Source: Candidatus Latescibacterota bacterium (GTDB taxonomy: Bacteria; Latescibacterota; UBA2968; GCA-2709665). From it: 64,000 nucleotides of DNA. How positions within the stretch are numbered: the first letter of the stretch is position 1; each line of letters begins with the position of its first letter. The stretch is taken from contig OZ242180.1 of NCBI GenBank assembly GCA_965205485.1, forward strand, positions 1,408,001 to 1,472,000, written 5' to 3'. The notes beneath the pieces were generated by a model, which made no database searches, was not told the origin of the DNA, and saw only the letters and a list, made by a program, of their open reading frames with translations. Shown here piece after piece: positions 38,018 through 47,665 of the stretch. Position numbers and translations under genes: made by a program.

Positions 38018-40453
38018 TCACTCGATCACACGAAACAACGCGTCGCGTGAAACCACCTCATCGTTATGAAAGTCTTTGACCGTCACCGACAATCTGTGCA
38101 CACCGGCAGGCACGTGTGTCAGGTCGATCTGCAGATAGGTAAAGTCATCCTCGCGATCTCCCTCGTAACGCGCCGTGATCGTCGTCTCCACTCCCTCCTT
38201 GCTTCTGCCCATCTTCTTGATCCGGCTGGCAAGTTCATCCTCATCCGGAAACACGAACCTCGCCCGGTACGTGACCTCATCCCTTTTCTGCGCGTCGAAA
38301 TAGTCCGGTACCTCCACCGGCGTCGTGACGGGCAAATCCCCTTGAGGCTCATCTTCTTCGTCGACCGCTCGCTCCGCCCGGCGCACGCCCGTTTCCACTG
38401 TCCTGATATCACGCATGACCTCCAATCGCCTCCCGCCCTCGGGCAACCGCTGCGCCAGGAACAGGTAAGGATCGATCTTCTTCTGCTCCGGCCGCCCTAT
38501 CCGATATGCGATATGATACTCCGTGCGCCCGAATTCATCCCGATCCAGGTTATAAGCCTCCAGGTAGATGAATGCCGGTTCGGAACGATGGTATGTCCGC
38601 AGCGGATTCGCTACGATTGTGAGATCGCTCCTTCCTTCCGGAAACGGTGTTCGTGATTCGATCTGCGTGGCCAGCAACAGATCGCTCATTGACAGCGAAG
38701 CGTCCGCCGGTTCGAACTCGCGGCGCTGCCGGAAGGTCCCGATTGACCCCTTTTTCCGGTCCCGCACCTCGCCCACCAGATTGTATGCGCCGGGGGAAAG
38801 CCCGAACGCGATCTGAAATACCAGATGGCTCTTTCGCAAGCTGTCGGCGGCGGGATTTCCGCTTGGAGTTATCTCGGGCCACCGCAGTTTGAGATCCGAC
38901 CGCTTCCGATACACCTCGTCCCATTGCTCATTGAACAGAAAGACACCATTCTCCAGACCAATGCTCCTGTCCGAATCCGACACGTCCAGGTTGAAACTCG
39001 GCAGCGCATACGCCAGTTCCACGCGAAGGCTGTCCCCATCCCTGAAGCTCGCGGCCTGGTAGGGCACGCTGTACTTCCGCGGGCCATAGGGATCGACGTA
39101 ACGTGTCCGATCCGGTAAACGTGATGGAGAGAAGCCGTGGAAGCCATCGGATATCTGAAATTCGACCCGAAATCCCTCGTAGAACCACGTCTCTTTCTGC
39201 ATTTGCAGCCTCCAGCGTATCCTCCGTCCCGGCAGGTATCTGCCAAACGTGCTGGGCCTGTCTATTGCAATAACCGAACCTGTTTCCGGCCGCTGCATCC
39301 GCCGGTGGAGATATCTTCCCAGCTTGATATAGACTCTTCCCATATCCGTCCGCCAACCGGCAATGCCCTTCGAGGGCCGGCTGAACCGCAGATTCGCGTA
39401 TGCGACCCGGCCGTAATGCTCCATGCGCCGTTCATTGAAATCCGTCAGAAACAGGGGATCCTGCCGTCGCCAGAACCGGACCCGCTCGACGCTATCCACC
39501 CAGGGTTGAATCTCGTCCCGGCCTGCCTCGGTCCCGGCGGGTACGCCTTCGAACTTTGCGCGGCCATCATCCGGTACAATACTATCTACGGATTCCATCA
39601 TCGCGCGCTCATCAAGCGCCATTCTCGGCAGCGCCCGGGTATAGAACTCATGCGCCAGCGCTTCGTCGCCCAATCTCTGGTATCCAAGCCCGCAGAAGAG
39701 CAGCGCATCCTTGTCGGCAGGCACGCGCTCCAACAGCAGGTTTGCCACCTGGATCAGTTCTTCCGGCCGGTTTGTCTCCAGGCAGGCAAGCCCGAGCTGG
39801 AAATACGCATCCTTGTACATGGGGTCTGCTTCAATGCAGGTCTTCAGATACGTGACGGCTTCATCCAGTTCCTCAATGCCGAAATCTCTCCACGAATGTC
39901 TGGTGCGCGTATGTTCTCTCCGACTGAATCCGGATACCATATTCATCATGGACATATCGTAATTTTTCAGAAAGCTCTTGACGCCATGATGGCCGATCAT
40001 GTAGGCGGCCTTTGCGTTTTCAGGATCCAGCTTCAGAACATTTTTGTACTCGTCTACGGCATTGTGCCAGGATCCCTGCGTCCACAGGATATCCGCCTTT
40101 AGAATGCGGTAGGCGACATTGTCTCGATTCAGACGAATGGCTGTATTGACCGCCTTCATTGCGCTATAGCGATCCATCGGCGTGTCAAGCGACATATACA
40201 GCTTCGCGACTTCGTAATGGGCCGGCGCGAAGTCCGGGTCCGCGCTCGAGACTCGCTGGAAGGCTTTGATACTCCTTTCAACGGAAACACGACCGACCTG
40301 CTCCATCGCAGTCTCATAGAGCCTTTCGGCAAGCTCAGTATCCCCTGCGTCGATCGGCGCCACGAGACAGAATCCGAGACACAGAACGGCGCAGACCGAT
40401 GAAGTCAGGCACCTGCGGCGTCTGTGCAGTTCGCGAATCCTTGGGATTGGCAT
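38018..40453 (-). CDS. TPR + GWxTD-domain exported protein, class C copy 1
   Basis: FWRRQDPLFLTDFNERRMEHYGRVAYAN; canonical GWRTDMGRVYIKLG. Confidence 0.88.
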   Translation of the reverse strand: MPIPRIRELHRRRRCLTSSVCAVLCLGFCLVAPIDAGDTELAERLYETAMEQVGRVSVERSIKAFQRVSSADPDFAPAHYEVAKLYMSLDTPMDRYSAMKAVNTAIRLNRDNVAYRILKADILWTQGSWHNAVDEYKNVLKLDPENAKAAYMIGHHGVKSFLKNYDMSMMNMVSGFSRREHTRTRHSWRDFGIEELDEAVTYLKTCIEADPMYKDAYFQLGLACLETNRPEELIQVANLLLERVPADKDALLFCGLGYQRLGDEALAHEFYTRALPRMALDERAMMESVDSIVPDDGRAKFEGVPAGTEAGRDEIQPWVDSVERVRFWRRQDPLFLTDFNERRMEHYGRVAYANLRFSRPSKGIAGWRTDMGRVYIKLGRYLHRRMQRPETGSVIAIDRPSTFGRYLPGRRIRWRLQMQKETWFYEGFRVEFQISDGFHGFSPSRLPDRTRYVDPYGPRKYSVPYQAASFRDGDSLRVELAYALPSFNLDVSDSDRSIGLENGVFLFNEQWDEVYRKRSDLKLRWPEITPSGNPAADSLRKSHLVFQIAFGLSPGAYNLVGEVRDRKKGSIGTFRQRREFEPADASLSMSDLLLATQIESRTPFPEGRSDLTIVANPLRTYHRSEPAFIYLEAYNLDRDEFGRTEYHIAYRIGRPEQKKIDPYLFLAQRLPEGGRRLEVMRDIRTVETGVRRAERAVDEEDEPQGDLPVTTPVEVPDYFDAQKRDEVTYRARFVFPDEDELASRIKKMGRSKEGVETTITARYEGDREDDFTYLQIDLTHVPAGVHRLSVTVKDFHNDEVVSRDALFRVIE

Positions 40454-40532
40454 TGTAAGAACCCTGGCTCGGCCTTGTGATGTTCAGCCGAATCCTAATA
40501 GGTGGCAGCGAACGCGCGCCCGTTTGATGGAC

Positions 40533-40718
40533 CAATCACTCCCCCCTTGAGGCGGAGTCGCAGAAGCCGAGCCGAGCCGGTCCGCTGAGCCTTTGCCCTG
40601 AGCCTGCCTGCAATGAGCTCGGTCCCTGAGCCGTTGTCCTGAGCCTGCCGAAGGGTTGTCGAAGGGTGTCGAAATGTCGAAGGGTCGAAGGGCCGGCGAC
40701 GGCTGATGCGGTGGGGGA
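40533..40718. repeat. Composite repeat: ACTCCCCCCTTGAGGSGGAGTCG...GCTGATGCGGTGGGGG with nested CCTGAGC/GTCGAAGG units
   Basis: Homolog at 46543-46678; short unnested form at 36661-36708. Confidence 0.7.
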
Positions 40719-40817
40719 TTACAGCGCCTTACCGCATCCACAGGCCGCACCGTCTATCTGCTACCTCTCGCCAACTGAAACATCATCCTATCCGCTGAAA
40801 TTTACGGGCAATAATAT

Positions 40818-43334
40818 CTATCGAATAGCAAACGACACCGCCGAGGATGTCTGGCTACCTGCAAGCTCATCAAAAACCTTGACGATCAACAACTGATGCC
40901 CCGGATCGGTTTTCGACATATCCAGTTCCAGGTATCCGTACTCATCGGCTCTGTCTCCCTCGTGCGCGTACTCCACGGTCACGACCTCAGCCTTTCTGTC
41001 GATGCCGACCAACCTGCCAAGCGCCTTCAACACCCTGACCGCCAGATTACCCTTATTCAGCGAATGCAGTACGTACGATACCCTGTATTTTGTCGCACCG
41101 AATTCATCTCTTTTCAGATTGTACACCTCGTAATAGACAAACACCGGCTGCCCCGCGAAATAGAACAGGCTCGGATTGGGTACCACCTCGATCTTACCTT
41201 TCGTGAATCTGCTGCCGCGGCTGGGACGGATCAATGACGCCATTTCGATGTCGCTCAGCCTCAGCGAGTCGTCACCAAATGAATGTAAAACCACGTCGCG
41301 GTTGTAAACCTGGGACTTGTCCATTGACGCGTCCAGAATCTGCACGGATAGCCGATAGGTACCGGGCGCCGCGGTAATACGGTCCATCTCCGGCACAAAT
41401 GCGATCTGGGTGGTATCGATCGGTCCCGACGCGTACAGCTCCATATCCTCGCTCGACCGATACACCGGCTCGTTATCCTCGTCGTACAGCGCCAGGCCCC
41501 GTTTCACGTATGCCGTCAGCCTTCCGTCGGGTCCTTCTTTGTAGTCAAGGTCACGCGTGGGAATACCATAGTACACCTCCAGTTTCACCGAACGGTCATC
41601 TGCCTTGAATCGAGCCGAGTCATAGAAGAAATCGAGGGGGGCAGTCGCGAAATCCTGCTCGTAAATCTCAGGCGTCTTGAGCGCCACGCGATGCATCACC
41701 AGACCGGGGTTCATGCGCTGCCATATCAAATTTGACTTGATCGAAGTATCGATCGAAGGATGAAGGATTTCATCCGTTGGCTCGTCAGTCGACATCGAAG
41801 TATCGATCGAAGTATCGATCCAAGGATCAGGGATTTCATCCATTAGCCCGTCAGTCAACAAGGTGGTGCCGGGGTTTCGCCCTGTGATCTCGTCCACCCA
41901 GATAGCGGAGCCCGCATGCGGCACCTCTGCGTACTTGTAGGGGCCCGGGCCTGGCCCGTGTTCCTGTACAAAAGTCACTTCCACGCCACCATCGACTTTC
42001 GAGTAAATCCAGTATTCCCAGGCGCCTCGAACGGGGTATACCGGGTAACCAAGAATCGTAGATAGCGTCTCCTGGTCGTCCATACCCATCTCTACTGATC
42101 CACTCATCGACCTATAGAAGCTGACCATGCGCCGGCTCAGAAGGAGGTGAGGCAAGGCTTCGCCAGCCTGGCTCATCAGCCGGTCCTTAACTGCAAGAAC
42201 CTTTGGGTCCGTCTCAAATCGGATGTTCTCCGACGCACTGATGTGATCGGGCCTTCCATAACGTACATATACCTCCCCACGTACGTCCCATGGGAATTCG
42301 TACTCGCTAAAGCGCTCCCGTGCATATGCCACCCGGCGGCAGTGCTCTATCCACCGTTCGTTGGCCGCCGTCACCGGCGCAGGATCCCGAGTCGCCCAGA
42401 AATTTTCAGACTGCGCCTTACGCTCTTCATCCGGCGTCGCCTGGAAGCGGGACAGTTCATCCCTGATAACCACCAGGCTTAGATCATAGTATAATGCTTG
42501 CTCGCCGGGTGGCAGATCCTCCAGGTAAGCATCCAGTATCGCATCAAACAGATCGTGGTCCCGCGTACCCTGATACATCTCCGCCAGTTCCAGAAACGCA
42601 CGCCGCTGATAGGCATTGGGCGTATCCACGACTGCCTTGAACATCGCAAATGCTTCATCCGTGCGTCCTGCTTCTTTCAACACCTGACCAAGTTGTAATT
42701 TCGCCCCTGAATGGTGTCGATCAATTCGCAGTTGTCTCCGAAATGCTATCTCGGCTTCGTGGGAATTTTGAGCCCGACCCACGCCTCTATTCTTGTAAAT
42801 TCTCCCAATCTGGAACCATGCATCCGAATGATCCGGGACCATCTTGACCAGTTTCTTATACGTATCCAGTGCCTTTGTATTGCCAATCTCATGATACGTT
42901 TGGGCCAGGTTATAGTACGCTTCCACATACCCTCGGTCCGCCTGGTACGCACTTCGAAAATACTTGATTGCCCAATCCAGCATTTTCTCTGTATTGCGAA
43001 ACACGAGACCCAGTCCGTTCAGGGCTGGAGCGTAGTTCTTCCGCTTTCGGAGAGCCTCTCGGAAAGCTTCTTCAGCGGGCCCCAGTTCATCTCTCTTCAA
43101 ATAGACATGACCCAGCCCGACGTAAGAAGGCGCATGTTTCGAGTTGATCTCCAGTGCCGCCTGAAAACACCTCTCGGCATTTTCATATTTCCCGGATTCG
43201 AGATAGGCCAGCCCGGATTTATACGTGCTATCGACCCGTGAGATGTCCTTTGCATTCGATCCTTCGGCTGGACTTTCGCTCAAACAAACGACAATCGTGA
43301 TCGATGCAATCAAATAGTGCTTGAACGAGTTCAT
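40818..43334 (-). CDS. TPR + GWxTD-domain exported protein, class D
   Basis: Start MNSFKHYL at 43334 with GGGAGG SD; FWATRDPAPVTAANERWIEHCRRV; PWDVRGEVYVRYGRPD. Confidence 0.85.
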   Translation of the reverse strand: MNSFKHYLIASITIVVCLSESPAEGSNAKDISRVDSTYKSGLAYLESGKYENAERCFQAALEINSKHAPSYVGLGHVYLKRDELGPAEEAFREALRKRKNYAPALNGLGLVFRNTEKMLDWAIKYFRSAYQADRGYVEAYYNLAQTYHEIGNTKALDTYKKLVKMVPDHSDAWFQIGRIYKNRGVGRAQNSHEAEIAFRRQLRIDRHHSGAKLQLGQVLKEAGRTDEAFAMFKAVVDTPNAYQRRAFLELAEMYQGTRDHDLFDAILDAYLEDLPPGEQALYYDLSLVVIRDELSRFQATPDEERKAQSENFWATRDPAPVTAANERWIEHCRRVAYARERFSEYEFPWDVRGEVYVRYGRPDHISASENIRFETDPKVLAVKDRLMSQAGEALPHLLLSRRMVSFYRSMSGSVEMGMDDQETLSTILGYPVYPVRGAWEYWIYSKVDGGVEVTFVQEHGPGPGPYKYAEVPHAGSAIWVDEITGRNPGTTLLTDGLMDEIPDPWIDTSIDTSMSTDEPTDEILHPSIDTSIKSNLIWQRMNPGLVMHRVALKTPEIYEQDFATAPLDFFYDSARFKADDRSVKLEVYYGIPTRDLDYKEGPDGRLTAYVKRGLALYDEDNEPVYRSSEDMELYASGPIDTTQIAFVPEMDRITAAPGTYRLSVQILDASMDKSQVYNRDVVLHSFGDDSLRLSDIEMASLIRPSRGSRFTKGKIEVVPNPSLFYFAGQPVFVYYEVYNLKRDEFGATKYRVSYVLHSLNKGNLAVRVLKALGRLVGIDRKAEVVTVEYAHEGDRADEYGYLELDMSKTDPGHQLLIVKVFDELAGSQTSSAVSFAIR

Positions 43335-43814
43335 ATGGAACCCTCCCCTTCGTACTCCACAAGATAGCCATCGGGTTGTCTGGACTCCTGCGCGACTCCA
43401 CACCTTTTTCGATGTCATTGGAAACAACGTGTGACCCATGCGCGATTGCGCCTAAACCGAGCACCAGATTCAGCCTCTCACGGTACAAAGACACAGACCG
43501 GGCCGGGTGGGTTCAATAAATACAGTGCGGAGTATCGGGTTTTCCTGCACCGACAGATCGCCACATCTGTGGGACACGGACATACTGCAGACTTGGTAAT
43601 CCAGTCTTGGATTCTTGTCGATGAATTGCGGTAACCGTAGTAGGCTCCAGATCCTGCCTTTTTCTCCTCTTTTTCATAAAGCCAAGACGCTTACACCCTC
43701 AGGAGCAAGCGTCTCTATGTCTGTTTTCTGCTATTATGCGCGTTTGCCAGCACCCATCTTGTTCGTTTCGATCCTGAGACGGGATTCCGCGGATGGCTTT
43801 GCGAAGAACGGCCT

Positions 43815-46244
43815 TCACTCAATCACACGGAACAACGTTTCACGCGCTGCGATTTGACCGGTATGCACGTCTTTCACCGTTACAGATAGGCGGTGCACTC
43901 CGGCAGGCACGTGGCTCAGGTCAATCTGCAGATACGTGAAGTCATCCTCCCGGTCCCCCTCGTACCGAGCCGTGATCGTCGTCTCCACTCCCGCTCTGCT
44001 TTTACCCATCTTCTTGATCCGGCTGGCAAGTTCATCTTCATCCGGAAACAAAAACCTCGCCCGGTACGTGACCTCATCCCTCTTCTGCGCGTCGAAATAG
44101 TCCGGGACCACTACTGGTGGCGTGACCGGCAAACCACCCTGAAGCTCTTCTTCTCCGCCGCTCGCCCGGACAGGTCGACGTATGCCCGTCTCTTGAGTCC
44201 TGATTTCACGCGTGACCTCCAATTGCCTGCCGCCCTCAGGCAACCGCTGCGCCAGGAACAGGTACGGATCGATCTTCTTCTGCTCCGGACGTCCCAACCG
44301 ATATGAAATCTCGTACTCCGAACGGCCGAATTCGTCCCGCTCCAGGTTATACACTTCCAGGTAGATGAACGCGGATTCGGACCGATGGTAGGTCCGAAGC
44401 GGATTTGCCAGGATGTCCAGGTCCGACCGCCCCTCCGGAAACGACGAACGGGTATCGATCCGCGCGGCCAACAACAAATCGCTCATCGACAGCGTAGAAT
44501 CCACAGCTGCAAAGCCACGCTCCTCGCGGAAGGTCCCGATTGACCCATTCTTCCTGTCCCGAACCTCACCGACCAGATTGTGGACGCCGGGGGAGACTCT
44601 GAACGCTATCTGAAATACCAGATGACTGGTCCGCAAGCTGTCCGCTATGGGACTACCGCTCAAGGCGATCTCCGGCCACCTCAGCTTGAGATCCGAGCGC
44701 TTCCGATACACCTCATCCCATTGGTCGTTAAACAGAAATACACCGTTCTCGAGAGCAACGCTTTTGTCCGAATCCGATACTGTAACATTGTATTTGGGCA
44801 GCGCATAGGCCAGTTCCACACGAAGACTGTCCCCGTCCCTGAAGCTCGCGACCTGGTGAGGCACGCTGTATTTCCGCGGTGCATAGGGATCGACATACCT
44901 CGTTCGATCAGGTAGACGAGATGGAGAGAAGCCGTGGAAGCCGTCCGATATCTGAAAATCGACCCGAAATCCCTCGTAATGCCACGTCTCTCTCTGTTTG
45001 GACACATTCCAACGTATTCTCCCCAGACGTTCGCCGAAGGTAAAGCTGTAATCTATCGGGAGCGAGTTCATATCCGGCCGCTGCATCCTTCGATCAAGGT
45101 AACGTCCCAGCTTTATGTATGCCCTGCCCATGTCCGTCTGCCAACCCTCAATGCCCTTCGAGGGCCGGCTGAACCGCAGATTCGCGTATGCTACCCTGCC
45201 GTAGTGTTCCATGCGGCGTTCGTTGAATTCAGTCAAAAACAGCGGGTCCTGACGACGCCAGAACCGGCCCCGCTCCGCGTTATCCTCCCAGCGTTGAGGC
45301 GCGCCTCCGCCTGCTTCCTGCCCAGGCGGAAGGTCGTCCAGCATTGCGCGGTTGCCGTCCGGCACAATGCTGTCTACGGATTCCATCATCGCCCGCTCAT
45401 CCGGCGCCATTCTTTGGAGCGCACGGGTATAGAACTCATGCGCCAGCGCTTCTTCGCCCAATTTCTGGTATCCGAGCCCGCAGAAGAGCAGCGCATCCTT
45501 GTCATCAGGGACGCGTTCCAACAGCAGGTTTGCCACCCGGATCAGTTCGACCGGCCGGTTCGTCTCCATGCAGGCAAGCCCGAGTTGAAAATAGGCATCC
45601 TTGAACTGGGGGTCTGCCTCGATACACGTTTTCAAGTACGAGACTGCTTCATTCAGTTCCTCGATACTGAAGCCTCTCAAAGAGTGCCTGTGACGCGAAC
45701 TCCCTTCTCGTCTATTGATTGGTGACACCCTGCTGATCATGTCCATGTCGTAGTATTTCATGAAATTCTTGATTCCATGGCGCCCGATCATGTAGGCTGC
45801 CTTCGCGTTTTTGGGATCGATCTCGAGCGCTTTCTTGTACTGCTTTACGGCATTGTCCCAGGATCCCTGCGTCCACAGGATATCCCCCTTCAATAGGCCA
45901 TAGGTGACGTTTTCTCTGTCCAGACGAATAGCCCGATTTACTGCCTTCATTGCTCTATCGCGATCCATTGGCGTGTCGAGGGACATATATAGCTTCGCGA
46001 TTTCGTAATGAGCCGGCGCATAGTCCCTGTCTGCCTTCAATACTCGCTGGAACGCGTTTATGCTCTCTTTAGCGGAGACCCCACCGGCCTGCTCCATCGC
46101 AGTCTCATAGAGCCTTTCGGCAAGCCGTTTATCCCCGGCGGCAACGGACGCTGTGAGAGCGAATCCAATGCAGAGTACAACCGACAACAGAGAACTCAAT
46201 GCTTCACGGCAACGCCGCAATTGTCGAACTATCAGAGATTGCAT
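43815..46244 (-). CDS. TPR + GWxTD-domain exported protein, class C copy 2
   Basis: GWQTDMGRAYIKLG; collinear with and highly similar to 38018-40453; probable start MQSLIV at 46244. Confidence 0.88.
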   Translation of the reverse strand: MQSLIVRQLRRCREALSSLLSVVLCIGFALTASVAAGDKRLAERLYETAMEQAGGVSAKESINAFQRVLKADRDYAPAHYEIAKLYMSLDTPMDRDRAMKAVNRAIRLDRENVTYGLLKGDILWTQGSWDNAVKQYKKALEIDPKNAKAAYMIGRHGIKNFMKYYDMDMISRVSPINRREGSSRHRHSLRGFSIEELNEAVSYLKTCIEADPQFKDAYFQLGLACMETNRPVELIRVANLLLERVPDDKDALLFCGLGYQKLGEEALAHEFYTRALQRMAPDERAMMESVDSIVPDGNRAMLDDLPPGQEAGGGAPQRWEDNAERGRFWRRQDPLFLTEFNERRMEHYGRVAYANLRFSRPSKGIEGWQTDMGRAYIKLGRYLDRRMQRPDMNSLPIDYSFTFGERLGRIRWNVSKQRETWHYEGFRVDFQISDGFHGFSPSRLPDRTRYVDPYAPRKYSVPHQVASFRDGDSLRVELAYALPKYNVTVSDSDKSVALENGVFLFNDQWDEVYRKRSDLKLRWPEIALSGSPIADSLRTSHLVFQIAFRVSPGVHNLVGEVRDRKNGSIGTFREERGFAAVDSTLSMSDLLLAARIDTRSSFPEGRSDLDILANPLRTYHRSESAFIYLEVYNLERDEFGRSEYEISYRLGRPEQKKIDPYLFLAQRLPEGGRQLEVTREIRTQETGIRRPVRASGGEEELQGGLPVTPPVVVPDYFDAQKRDEVTYRARFLFPDEDELASRIKKMGKSRAGVETTITARYEGDREDDFTYLQIDLSHVPAGVHRLSVTVKDVHTGQIAARETLFRVIE

Positions 46245-46749
46245 TGCAAGACCTTTAATTCTCGCGTCGTGGACATTTGACCGAGGTTGATATCCGAAGG
46301 CCGTCTTTTCCAAAAGACACTGAACATGCGCAACGGGTTCAGAAAAACGCAAACTAAGAGAGCCGGGAGGGCGCACCTTCCAGACTCTAATCTCGCCACA
46401 GGGTCTCTAGTCTTCCCGAGGCTTTTCGCATACGCCACGTCGCCGGCTGATATTCAACCGCGTGTTCCACTTGGCCCCAGGTCGTTATGCTCAGCCGCAG
46501 CCAATCAGGAAAAAGTGAACTCGCGAGACCGTTTGACGGTCGAATCACTCCCCCCTTGAGGGGGAGTCGCAGAAGGCGAGCCGGTCTCTCAGCCTGCTGT
46601 CCCTGAGCCTGCCTGCATTGAGCTTGTCGAAATGTCGAAGGTTCGAAGGACCGGCGATGGCTGATGCGGTGGGGGGGATTCAACACATTTCGCAGGTTGG
46701 CAGCATGAATCGAAATGAACGCATCTTGCGGTGAAATCTTACTGTTACG

Positions 46750-47607
46750 CTAACCGTCAGGCACGTACCTCGCCACTGTCTTCGAGAACCCTTCATCCTC
46801 CAGCGACTCGCACGTCGGCAGCCCCGCCTCGGCGGCTGAAGACATGGTCAGACTGTCCGCGTTTCCCATGAGCACGCCGATTCCCGCCGCCGTGAGCATC
46901 GGAAGATCATTGTCCCCGTCTCCAATCGCAAGCGACTGAGTAAGGGAGACACCACACGCATCGCAGATTTCACGCAACGCAACCGCCTTGTTCACCTCCG
47001 GATGCATGATCTCGATCAGGTCATCACCCGTGCGGGCGAGATAGAATTGCCGTCCGAACGCCGCGCACATTTTCTCGAACACATCTTCCCGTCGATCCGG
47101 ACCGGGCAGCACAATCATCTTCGGCGGAGGAACCAGATCCTTTGCCCTGGACAACAGGTCCGGCTCCGCCATTATATTCAATCCGGTTATCTGCGTAAGG
47201 TTTCGGATCGATCCGGTCTCTTCGTCCGTAAGGTAGGCCTCGTTAAGGCCGGACTCTTCGGCCTCGCACCGGCAATGGATGAAGTTCAAGCTCCAATCGC
47301 CGATAAAGTCCAGCAGATTGGGAAAGCTATCCGCCGGCAATCGTTGTTCGTGCAACAAAGGACGTTTGTTATCCGCACCCTTTCCCAGCACCATCGCGCC
47401 ATTATAGCAGCCCGCGTACACCCCCGGTCTCAGATCAGGCGAAAACGGCGCCAAGCTCCATCCCACGTTTCGGCCGCTGATCGACGCCAACGCGATTCCG
47501 ACTCGCGCCAGCCGACGAAGCGCCGAGACCGACGCGTTTGAAATCCGGCCACGGCCTTCCAGCAGCGTGCCATCCAGATCGAACGCCACGAGCCGCACGT
47601 CACCCAT
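46750..47607 (-). CDS. Cof-type HAD-IIB hydrolase (alternative start 47673)
   Basis: DLDGTLL, SGR, NGA, NKAVAL and GDGDND motifs. Confidence 0.92.
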   Translation of the reverse strand: MGDVRLVAFDLDGTLLEGRGRISNASVSALRRLARVGIALASISGRNVGWSLAPFSPDLRPGVYAGCYNGAMVLGKGADNKRPLLHEQRLPADSFPNLLDFIGDWSLNFIHCRCEAEESGLNEAYLTDEETGSIRNLTQITGLNIMAEPDLLSRAKDLVPPPKMIVLPGPDRREDVFEKMCAAFGRQFYLARTGDDLIEIMHPEVNKAVALREICDACGVSLTQSLAIGDGDNDLPMLTAAGIGVLMGNADSLTMSSAAEAGLPTCESLEDEGFSKTVARYVPDG

Positions 47608-47665
47608 ACTGTAGACCGTTCCACAACAACACAGCGATACCCATTCAGAATTCGGTCGGTCGCCT

